Shown here piece after piece: positions 13,768 to 23,934 of a stretch of 64,000 bases of DNA. The first letter of the stretch is position 1. Every line of letters starts with the position of its first letter. Under the pieces are notes generated by a model. The model was not told the origin of the DNA and did not search any database. It saw only the letters and a list, made by a program, of their open reading frames with translations. Origin of the DNA: Bugula neritina (lineage: Eukaryota > Animalia > Bryozoa); assembly GCA_964035545.1 (NCBI GenBank), contig OZ037769.1, forward strand, positions 8,351,929 through 8,415,928. Direction: 5' to 3'. The position numbers were made by a program, and so were the translations under genes.

Positions 13768-14943
13768 TTAGGCGGGTGTCATGGTTTGTGCACCGGTACA
13801 GTGGGGCAACCTGGCCATGACATGGCGCTTTCTATTGCCCGCATAGCCACGCCTCCCTGGAGGATGGGAGGCATGGTTTGGGACGGTCCTCCGCCCTTGA
13901 GACAGGCTCTGTTGAGGACCTTCCGTCGTAGCCGCCAACGACGGCCCAATGTCTTCCTCTTGGACAGGATGGAAGCGGGCCAGCATGGACCTGGATGGTA
14001 GGTCTACCGTCTCTGAGGAGGGGTTGACGCACTGCACCAAGATCTCTCCTTGTCCCGTAAACCGGCTAAAGCTGTGGGCAAGTTGGATTCTTGAGTGCGT
14101 ACTTTCAACAACTCCCAACCTAGAGGTCTGGCCATCGTCTACTTTGCAGCGGACGGTAGCCCGGGAGTGGCCTGGTATCGTACAGCTCCGTACTACCTGC
14201 ACTCCTCCCGCTAGAGGACGACCAAACTTATCGACACAGGCGAGCTCCCTGCTGCCCATGATCATCGCAGATTTACTGAAATTGATGCGACATCCGTGTC
14301 GTTGTAAGAATGGCATCCCGAGGATAGCATCCTCGTTGAGCTGTTTGACAATAAACGTCTCCTTGATGGTCTGGTTGCGGACGCACCCAGTAAGCTCAAT
14401 AATGCCGTAGAAGGGAATGCACGACCTGTCTGCCAGGGTGCCATGATCCCTCTCATACGGTGCCAGCCCGTCCCTGACCTTAGCGCTGAAGGTGTCAAAG
14501 AACTGACGGCTAAAGAGGTTGGTGGTGCAGCCCGAGTCCAGAAGGAAGTTGGCAGGCTTGCCAGCTAGCTTTCCTGGCAGGAAGTAGCTACTCCCGTGTG
14601 GTTGCATTTGTGTGTGCCGTGGTTGCACCTCCCTTGCTGTGGGTCGAGGGGTCCATGGTTGGCAACGACTATTGACCAGCCGCCGAGGTTGGGGCGGTAC
14701 GCCTTGCAGCGCCTGTACCGTTTCCCTCGCAGGCTCTGAGGTCAACTGTCCGTCGGATCTGTGCCGGAGTGGCATAGAGGGCCCAGGTGGCGAGTGGCTT
14801 GGACAGCCTACTTGCCGTAGGGGTCGCCACTCCACAGTATCCTCGCGTGGCGCCCAGCGGGGCGGCAGACGTTTTGTCCTCCCTGGGTGATTTACCGGCG
14901 GCCCGCAGAAGGTGGGAACACCTGCGGGCCGTGGTAGTTTAAC
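13768..14943 (-). CDS. Gypsy aspartic protease plus downstream beta-rich (degenerate dUTPase-like) region; pol truncated before RT
   Basis: FLLDSGCTTNL catalytic motif and DAILGMPFL flap motif; no YxDD anywhere downstream. Confidence 0.82.
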   Translation of the reverse strand, partial: VKLPRPAGVPTFCGPPVNHPGRTKRLPPRWAPREDTVEWRPLRQVGCPSHSPPGPSMPLRHRSDGQLTSEPARETVQALQGVPPQPRRLVNSRCQPWTPRPTAREVQPRHTQMQPHGSSYFLPGKLAGKPANFLLDSGCTTNLFSRQFFDTFSAKVRDGLAPYERDHGTLADRSCIPFYGIIELTGCVRNQTIKETFIVKQLNEDAILGMPFLQRHGCRINFSKSAMIMGSRELACVDKFGRPLAGGVQVVRSCTIPGHSRATVRCKVDDGQTSRLGVVESTHSRIQLAHSFSRFTGQGEILVQCVNPSSETVDLPSRSMLARFHPVQEEDIGPSLAATTEGPQQSLSQGRRTVPNHASHPPGRRGYAGNRKRHVMARLPHCTGAQTMTPA

Positions 14944-15839
14944 CTTTGTTGGAGTTGAGGGCAGTTCTTCTAGAAATGTCCAAGCCTTCCGCATCCCTAG
15001 CAGAATATATGCCCCGTGCCTGGTGATTGTGCCTGCGGCCCGCGAGGCTCACGGGCAGTATCTACCTGGCTTGGGGGAGCTAACGTGGTGACCAGTTTGG
15101 CTAGCATGTCAGTCATCTGAGCGACTTTCGATGCTACTGTCATCTGGGTCACATTAGCCACCGCGGAGGGTTCCGCATTTGGTTCAGTATGAGTAGTAGT
15201 GTGCTTCGTGGCCACCTGGTGGTAGGCCACGCGGTTGCGGTGCATGTGAGTTGCCAAGAGGTAGGCTTCTCCTACCGCGAGTGCATCCTCGACCGTGGTG
15301 ACTCCCCTCGCTTGGAACTGATGGTGGAGTTCCAAGTCGTTGATGGACTGCCTGAAGGCATCATAAGTATACCTCTCACGGTTCGCTTGAGGCAGATCGC
15401 GGAACGCGATCTGCGCCAGCGTCATCACCGTGGTAGCGTGCTCCTGCAGCGGCGTGTGAGGATCACGCCGCAGCCTTTGTAGGCGGGCCCGCGCATCTAT
15501 GGCAGAGATACCAAAACGGGCCCGCAGAGAAGCGAAAATCCCGTCTATGTCAGGTCCCGCTCCGTATGGCTTAGGCTTGTCCGTCAGCGCCATCCTGAGT
15601 TTGAGCAACGCCACCCTTGGTGGCCACCGTGCAACTTCCATCACATCTTGGAATTCCTGGATAAATTGCTCTACGGCTTCCTCGCCTGTGAAAGTGGGCG
15701 CCTTCAGCCGGTATCTGTCTTCACTGGGCTCTCTAGGAATTCTCACTTCTTCTAACACTACTGGTTCCACAGGTATATCAACATTATCTTCCTCACCTTC
15801 ATTCAGTGGAATGGGTCGCTCCGTACCGTTTTCTGCCAT
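14892..15839 (-). pseudogene. gag: Gypsy Gag (capsid-like region + CCHC knuckle broken by two TAG stops)
   Basis: KAPTFTGEEAVEQFIQEFQDV..W..L and LRARFG motifs; knuckle reads C*GCGRLGHF*KNCP (stops at 14997-14999 and 14970-14972). Confidence 0.82.
14899..14943 (-). promoter_or_regulatory. Candidate -1 programmed ribosomal frameshift signal (gag->pol)
   Basis: Heptamer G_UUA_AAC in gag frame (14943-14937), 5-nt spacer, then a perfect 10-bp stem CGGCCCGCAG/CUGCGGGCCG; the protease ORF is in the -1 frame. Confidence 0.72.
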
Positions 15840-15855
15840 GACTGTTATACGCAAG

Positions 15856-15873
15856 ATCCCACCGCTGCCACCA
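15856..15873 (-). promoter_or_regulatory. Primer-binding site complementary to a tRNA-Leu 3' end
   Basis: TGGTGGCAGCGGTGGGAT lies 1 nt inside the 5' LTR; it is the complement of the metazoan tRNA-Leu end ATCCCACCGCTGCCA-CCA. Confidence 0.85.
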
Positions 15874-16285
15874 CTGTAGTAATTCGTGTAATTGCTGTGC
15901 GTGAGTTTTCTACTTGCGTATTTAATTGGCTATTCTACTAGCAATCACTAGGGTAGCTGTCGAGTAATTACTTTTATTATTCACAATACAATACAAAACG
16001 AACATAACATCAAATTACACTATAACATCAGTCACTACTAACACATGTTTACACTTCAAGCCCTCGCTTACAACAACGTGATGATGGCTAATTGCCCGGA
16101 AACTGTCACATGAGTCGGAAGCATATCTTCCAGTTCTTCTGATTGGTTACTACATTGGGGCCTTATTATTCCAAGAATGGAGAGAGGACGATTCTTATAT
16201 TATTACATTGCGTGACCCACTACAATAGATAGGCCAGTGGAGTTCAGAGAACTGGGTGGGATGCAGTGTTGTGTTTCCGCCAATA

Positions 16286-16356
16286 GTCTCCGTGGTGTAA
16301 TGGTAGCACACTTGCTTGCAAGCCAGAGGACTTGGATTCGATTTCCAGTGGTCGCA
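16286..16356 (+). pseudogene. tRNA-derived sequence within the solo-LTR-like element
   Basis: GTCTCCGTGGTGTAATGGTAGCAC (A box, D arm) ... GGATTCGATTTCC (B-box-like T arm) ... GGTCGCA; 71 nt; acceptor and anticodon stems pair poorly. Confidence 0.62.
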
Positions 16357-17404
16357 GTTATTTTACAATATGTTTACGGACAGCTACTAAAATAATATGA
16401 CATTTCTTTGAGGAAAATAATATTATAATATGCATTAAAAAGCAAGTACATTTTTAGTCACTTACCCAGTCAGTTCAACGGATCAAACAATAAACAGCAA
16501 GCCTTTCAGTGTCACAAACTAAGATGAGAAAAGCTAATACCCAACCCTTCCTATAGCACCACTAATTTATATGTTTTGTCCAGCAGCAAGACAACTGTTG
16601 CAGTAGCTTTTTGGCAGCTTTCCAAAAACCATTGTGTAACGAAAGCTATTTGTGAAAGCTTTTGCTCGGCGAATTAATGTGGCTCAATTTTCCTCCTGCT
16701 AAAGATGCAGGCAATCTATACTTAATTGTTAAAATAATTGTAAGTATCAAGAATTATATTATCTTTTGTTTTGAACTTCATTAACTAAATGTTTTGTCAG
16801 CTATGTAATTAAGGTTAAGTTGACAATATGTTTGTAATTTTCATGGTTATAGGTTACAGTATGGGTATGAGTCTAAGTATGAATGTGAGCTCAAGTCTAA
16901 GTCTAACTGAGAGGTTATACTGTTGGCAATAGACAAAAATAGAGTTGTGACCTGCTTCTGTGTCCTCCATCCATTCACCTTTTATTAAGTGAATCACAAT
17001 ACATAGGCATCTGTGCCAAACAGCACCCGTGCTGACGCAGCAACAATTATCAGCTGATACAGTAACCATTATCGGCTGTCAAAATACAGTGTCACAAAGT
17101 TCCGAAATAACAAATTCATCAGATTTGAATGTACTAAAGTACTAATGTACTAATGTTATAAGATTCCAAAAAAGGTAAATTAATAACCTCACCTAAACAG
17201 CTAATTATTACTTCAAATTGCCATGGGGAGAGCTATTATTTATTGAAATGTCTTTTAAAGCTCAGAATATAAAAATTATATATTTTGATTTCTATGAAGA
17301 GACGTTGAATATTTGAAGCTAATACTAAGGCATAGAATGCTTTTTTGTCACATATTCTTTTGCAAGTGCTATATACAGCTAAAATGTAATACTAAAGTTT
17401 ATAC

Positions 17405-17552
17405 CTTGTCGAGACTCCAAAATGTAAGATTCTGAACCAACGTTCCTTGAGATATTCTTCACACAATACATTTGCTGAGTCATGTTTATAGTTAAAGCCA
17501 AAGCTGGCGCAAGTAGTAAAGTCAGCAGTGTGTAAACCAGTGGCAACGCCAT
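17405..17552 (-). CDS. Possible first coding exon of an unrelated secreted protein
   Basis: AAACATGG start context; MALPLVYTLLTLLLAPALA|LT signal-peptide pattern; CAG|GTATAA-type donor; upstream TTTTAAG acceptor near 17590. No convincing downstream exons. Confidence 0.33.
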
Positions 17553-18168
17553 GTTTGAGAAAAACAACTGTCTCAGAGGAGCACAGCAGCTTAAAAGTTT
17601 TAATTTTAATAAGCTGATGCAACTTGTATTAAACGACTTTCTAATTCAATTAGCAAAGTTTTGGTTTATTTATTTAACAAGAAGAGTTATTCATGTTTCT
17701 TTGAAAATTACCGAAAGAAGCCTATTAATTATTCACTAATATTAAACAGTGCGTCAATAAAAGTTAGTTTCTGTAATATGCAGCTATGTATTTAGCGGGT
17801 TATTTGCTTAGGTAACCTATAAGACAATATACTTTTATATTGATGAAAATAGTTTTTGCTCCCACTCAAAATTTAATATAAAAAATGGATTATATATCTA
17901 TATATAATATTAGAAAAACTAGATATATATTATATGTTGAACCTATAAATAAAATCAAATAAATTAAAATTTGACTTCTTTTTTTTAGGTAGAAATGAGA
18001 AATCAACAAGAGAAATAACTGTGGATAAAAACAAAAATATATCACTTTAGTGTGGCTCATGTTAAAAATTTGCTTTACTTTCTTCACCTGTAAAATACTG
18101 TCCAGTGTCTTTGCAATCTTACACGGAATGAATTATGGTATTTTAATGTCTATTTCAAAATTTTAATA

Positions 18169-19486
18169 GGGGTAACGGGGGCCCAACGGTCATAGGGGTA
18201 CAAAAAGCCCGCCAAATTGTGAGAGAACTTATTGACTTGGAGTTTTGATTTTTTTTTCATAAAAAGATATTGACATAATTATTCAGCCTTTGTAGTTTCA
18301 ACACTTGCGGAACAAACGTGTTGAAAAGGCGAGTAAAAAACTGTTTTTACCTACTTTTTGTAAATTTTTTAGGATGTCGTTAAAGCTTTATAACTTTTTA
18401 CACTCAAAGGCGAGAAGCCTATATTTTACTAATATTGTTGCCATTGCTTGTCTCTACATTGCTTAACTAGTATAACAGCAAACTCTGAAATAAATTTTCC
18501 TCGAGGCACATTTATTTTCAATTTGGCCACACGGGGCACAATGGGTCACCCTGACCGGGGCACAACGGGCCACCTGATTATTGCACCCTGATCACTGTTA
18601 TTAGTTTGTTTGCCCAAAAAGTTGGTTGAAATGTTACTAAAATCTATAGACAGAGCTATTTCTGACCTTTTGTAAAATATCAAAGACATCATGGTAAGAG
18701 TACCAAACTAGAAGGTGAAGCTCCTCTAATATTTACATCTGGTGAGGTTAAAGTTTTGCTATTTAATACATAATACAAAACACTCTGCTGTTGCTACTAG
18801 TAAATAGTCATGATATTCATTATACATTATATCATTGAGGGAATATACATGTATCTGACTAAACTAAATTGTGATTTGCTCATTTGCTCTCCCTCCCCTC
18901 TCCCTTTCGTACTCCGGCCACAAACCGAAGCCATGCACCTTAACTACAGTTCATAGAAAAAAGTCCACTCAAAATTTTGTAGCATATGTTACTAAAGTTT
19001 TTTTTCTGATGAAAGTTTCTCTGAAGTGTAAATAAAAAAACATTTTTAGTTCCAAACAGTAATGATAATGGCACCGTAGAACCCAGTGAGGTGCGTTTGA
19101 TTTTGCCTTCCTCTGCTATCCGTGGTGGCACAAACTGTACAGCTAAAAGATAAGTTTTGCTTCAGATCTGAAAAAATGTTTTTATTTATTTGTGATATTA
19201 AATAAATAAAGATCAGATGCAACAAAATCTGCAAAGCTTCAATATATTTGTTGTGACGAAAAAATTGGCCCATTGTACCCCGGTACCGGGGCACAATGGG
19301 CCGATTTTTTCGTCATGAAAATTTCATTATTCTGAAAGTTGTGAGAGAGATAGAAACAACAAACTGGTACCTGTAATAGACAACAGATGCAGCATTAAGG
19401 CTAGAGATTATTGAACTAGTAACTTGAAAAACAGACGAATGAGAGCAAAAAATGCAAAATTCGGCCCGTTGTGCCCCCGTTACCCC
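18169..19486. mobile_element. Second, inverted copy of the 1.3-kb TA-TSD TIR element
   Basis: TA|GGGGTAACGGGG ... CCCCGTTACCCC|TA; reverse complement of 6358-7690 along its length. Confidence 0.88.
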
Positions 19487-20030
19487 TATCTATTTTAACA
19501 TTTATTTGCTCAATTGTGAAAATGAGTTTTCTTTTTTATTGCTAACCTCTGCTGGTCAGCACAATTTTTAACTTTTATTAGAAACCATGGCATTGTCTTA
19601 TTTTGCTCAATTTAAAGTTATGCTCTGATTTTTAAATTTTTATTGAAATTATTCAAATTCCTGAATGTATTATGATATCTTTAGCCACAATAACAATGAC
19701 ATCACAATTCAAAATACCAAATGTGAAACCAAAAAAAATTTATATCAGTATAAATATTCATTTCAATTTCTCTTTTCACAAAACAAAATATCATACATGG
19801 CAACCGAAGTATGTTCGAAAAAATGAATGCAGAAAACAGATAAACAGCTCTTAGGACAGTTGTAGTGTCCCAGAATATACCCAAGATTCAGCTTCCATGT
19901 AAGGTTATTCTTAATTTAAATACAGAGGTGAATTTTCAAGAACTCAAAAGTACATTGAACTCATGAAAAAATTATATCTAGGCACCTGAGTATAGTCATT
20001 AGGTGCCCAGAAAGCATTGCTACTATACAC

Positions 20031-20560
20031 TGCAGGGTTGTGGTCAATTACATATGAGAGTAATTAATTACAATTAAAATTAAATGAAAATTTGTTAATT
20101 GCAATTAAAATTATAATTACAGTTAAAATTAATGTAATTATTTATAATTACAATTACATAGCAATGTAATTAATTACAATTACAATGACTTTTGTTGTCA
20201 CAGGAGACAAATAAAAGTTATATGATGTCACTTCTGAGGTCCAACTACCCAGGGCAATTTTGACAACTGGAAACCTCTTTTGTTCTCCACAGTGATTAGT
20301 ACGGTGATACAAAACTACATTTTATTGATATGAACTTTTTAATAACTAGTAGGCATGCATGGTAGGAATTGTATAAAATTTAAAAATTTGAAGTCTTTGT
20401 TATGTAATTATTAACTAGTTGGAAAAATTAATTACATTGGCTATGTAATTAATTACAGTTACAATTAGATTTTTATACATCAATTACAAATTACATTCAA
20501 TTACTTGAAAAAATTTAAATAATTACAACCAATTACAATTACAATTATCTCAACCCGCTG
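20031..20560. mobile_element. hAT-like MITE, 530 bp
   Basis: 8-bp TSD CTATACAC (20023-20030 / 20561-20568); imperfect GGGTTG/CAACCC termini; dense subterminal AATTAC repeats. Confidence 0.78.
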
Positions 20561-20599
20561 CTATACACAGTAGGTGATAGTGCAGCTAGAATTGTAGAC

Positions 20600-21790
20600 T
20601 CGTCTGCAAAGTATGAGGAAGATCAAAGACTTGAGTCCATACTAATACTTTAGACCAGCACTGCATTAGAGAGAGCAATGTGGCCTGTGATAGATACAAG
20701 CTCAATACGAGGAACCAGCTCACAGAAGTGACTTTAGATACTTTTTATGCAGAATTGAAGTCATTAACTGCCAAATACAAATTTAACTACCAAAGGGGTT
20801 ATGCTGACGCAACAACTCCATTAAATGAGATACTTAGACACAGAATTACCTTGGGTTGCTATGGGATAATGCAAAAAGAAAAACCTAATATCACAAGGTT
20901 ACACCCTGACCTTTGAGGACATATTTTAAATCGGCAGAAGCAGTGAGGCCACTTCTACAGTGATGAAGTCAGTAGAGAAGGTTATAGAAAAAATGTTGAT
21001 GCAGTACATTATCGAAACTGCCAGCTAATCAGAGAAAAACTGTGTTTAGTAAATAAACTTAATATCTGGTAAAAAGTGAGCTATAGTGTCTCTTCACAGT
21101 CTCATTTATAAACGTAGTGACTGTCAGCACAAATGAATTAAAAAATTTCACTGGGAGGAAAGAGTATCTCAAAAGACACTATAAGTCAATAAAGCAAATT
21201 TGAGAAAAATGAAAGTCTGCTACATGCTAGTACCACTAGTAAAACATAACTGGGAAAATGTGCATTTGAAAGACGACTGTGCATGCAGCTAAAAGGCAGT
21301 GTGGCACAAATATCATAAAAAAGACCACTATATAGTAAAGGCGGTGGGTCTAAAGTTGTCAGTGAAATAAAAAATCAATAGGATGACCTCCAGCTTACTG
21401 GCAAACTAAAAATAGGTCTATTTGACTCCTGAACAGCAAAAATCTTTGCAAATGGTCATGAAACGTCGCTATTCAAGGTAGAAAATGTTGCAGGTAGCGC
21501 TGTGATGAGCTGTGATAAAGCATGGCTAAAGCATGTTAACCACAACAAACCTGACAAGAGACAAAGAGAAGAGAGAAATAGAAGTTATCGTCACATTAAA
21601 AGCTGATATGAGGTACAGCAATGAGACATGCTTTAAAGTGGTATATATTTGCAGTGATCCAACATTAAAAATATCACTGTTTAGCAGCAAAGCATGTACA
21701 GAGCTTATAACTTGTAAAATTTCAGAAAATAAGGCGGTAGAAGTCATTTACTCGATCGATGAAGTTTTTGCATGTTGTATTTAAAAGTGA
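20600..21790 (+). mobile_element. Highly decayed Ty3/gypsy gag-protease relic
   Basis: RYKLNTRNQ..TLDTFYAELKSLTAKYKF..NEILRHRITLG gag-like motif; knuckle-like remnant ~21270-21330; ANGHETSLFKVENVAG in place of FKVDTGA at ~21450; many stops and frameshifts. Confidence 0.55.
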
Positions 21791-23934
21791 GCTTCCAAAG
21801 ATTGGTTTGGTCAATTAAAAGGTTATACTTACAAAACATCCTTCTGGCTAAGTGCTCAAACCACATAGGAAAAATAAGGCATTTTTAATTATTAGTCTTT
21901 ATATAGTTTGAAAGGGAATTGTTATGTAATAAACAAATGCATACATAATTATTATATTTAGCTATTTGTTTAGTTTTAGTTAAATACAGCTATATAAAAT
22001 CATAACATAAAGATACTTTAAGAATGACATACATTGAGTTTAGTAGTTAAAGAATAATATTCTTTATTATGAGTCACAATACACATTTGACATGGCAAAG
22101 ATATCTTTATCAAAAAGGCAGTGGGATTTGAAACAAAGCTCCCAGCTAAAACTTATTTTTTATAAACGTCTTCATTGAATTAAGTCGCAACAAAAAAAAA
22201 GTTTAATGAAAAATTAGCCAACTATATTAGAGAAGAAAAGATATTAAATGTAGCAGAAAGCTATAGGGTAAATTGCTATAAAAGGAGCGGTAGATTGAAA
22301 AAAAATATTACAGCTGACCTGGTGAAAATTATACACACACAGCAAGCCAGTTGTGACACTGAGTCAGAATATGGTGCTGATGAAACACTTGCCTTTAATT
22401 AGTTGTTTTAAAAACAGACTTAAGAGCATAGCAAATGTTTGACACTTTTTGTTTATATAGAAAAAGCATTTCAAAACATTGGAAGAAGTTGTGAATAAAA
22501 CTGAAAAAAGTGAATATGTTTAGGAACAGTTAAAATTAGACTGGGTTTTTTTTTTGGGTATTGATATATTTTACTCTTCAACAAGTAATTAAACATCCTA
22601 CATATATACCTTTATATATTATCCTTATGCTTAAAGTTTACACATATGGCCACATACACCAACTTTGGCAGCTGTCACCTTCTATTATCCACACACTCTG
22701 CTGCTGACAGTTAAATCATCAGAAGACAATTCAAAAGTAAACAGGTGAATGCGACTGCAGTATTTTATCTGATTTACTTAATTGATAATAAAATATTTAT
22801 TAGAATGAAAAACAGTGTGATGGTTTGTATAATATAAAACAGAAGAGAGAGTAAACAAGTATACAGCGATTATAGTAAAGCAATTAGTTAGCATATTGTC
22901 ACGTGATTGTCATGAATGTGATTAGCGATAGGATCGCATGATTGTTTCTCAACACGCCCTCTCAAGCATGTGATTCGATAGCTAGTAACTCCAGTGCAAT
23001 TCTGTGATTGGTTTTAGGCAAGCTTTTAGTCATGACATCGGCAGGGTTCTCTGCTCCTCTGATGTGTTGGTACGCTATGATGGTTTGCTCTCTGACAAAG
23101 TGGAATCTTATGTCAATGTGTTTGCTCCTCTGATGTGAGTATGGTTGTCCCTTGGTGAGGGCAATGGCTCCAAGGTTGTCAGTGAAAAGTGTGTTAGGGT
23201 TAGGCTGTTTCATCTTGAATGTTTTGCACAAAGTCTGTAGGGATAGCATCTCCTTTGTAGCTTCGGCTAATGCTATGTATTTGGCCTCGCATGATGATAA
23301 GGCCACTGTGGGTTGTCGTCGGCTGTTTCAACTTATAGGGGCTCCACCCAGTGTGAACACATATCCTGTTGTTGATCTTCGTGTAGAGGTTTCTCCGCCC
23401 CAATCTGCATCCACATAGCCCACTAGTTCTTGTTGATTGGGAGTGAATCTCAGATTGAATCCTTTTGTACCTTTGGGGTATCGTAGCAGCCATTTCAAGG
23501 CAGCAATATGTGCAGGTCCAGGTCTTTCTAGGTGTTGGGAAAGCTTCCCAATGATCCATGCTAGGTCTGAACGTGTGGCGGTCATTAGGTATATGAGAGA
23601 ACCTATAACTTGTCTGTAGGGGTAGTCCTTCGAACGCTCATATTCGTCGTCTGTTGCTTTTTCTAGTTGTAAGTCCTTTTCAGCAGGAGTATATACAGGG
23701 TTTCAATCTGCCATATTGTAGGTGTTCAGCAGCGTGTCTATGTAGCGCTCCTGTGACATAGTGTACTGGTCCTCATGTCTCCTGAAGTCTATCCCCAAGA
23801 ACCAGCTTAATTCTCCTCTATCATCCATGTTGAATTTTAGTTGCATCATAAATTTGGTTTGTGTGATTCTGTTGTCGTCTCGGCAGCAGAGAAGGATGTC
23901 ATCAACCCAGAAAAGAATGATGATGTTGGCTGAT

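Larger units (their letters stand above)
8555..16224 (-). mobile_element. Ty3/gypsy-type LTR retrotransposon, non-autonomous (no RT/RNase H or integrase core)
   Basis: 5' LTR 16224-15875. 3' LTR 11470-8555, interrupted at 8729-11291. TGTAG..CTACA ends, 4-bp TSD ATAG (8551-8554 / 16225-16228). About 19 differences over ~350 bp between LTRs by my count. PBS present; G-rich PPT-like tract at 11471-11479. Confidence 0.93.
8197..16367. mobile_element. Solo-LTR-like element (~500 bp: 8197-8554 + 16229-16367), split by the gypsy insertion; carries a tRNA-like sequence
   Basis: TGTAA...TTACA termini; 5-bp TSD ATATG (8192-8196 / 16368-16372); the paralogous site at ~50740 is empty. Confidence 0.75.

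Noticed and set aside
13270-15000. Stops at probable Trp/Gln codons suggesting deaminase hypermutation or readthrough
   Set aside because: Only three or four ordinary transitions, compatible with neutral decay at ~5% LTR divergence.
12842-15879. Multiple + strand ORFs over the gypsy interior
   Set aside because: GC-rich antisense frames of gag/pol with no independent motifs.
16286-16356. Functional tRNA gene
   Set aside because: Acceptor and anticodon stems do not pair properly; reported as tRNA-derived only.
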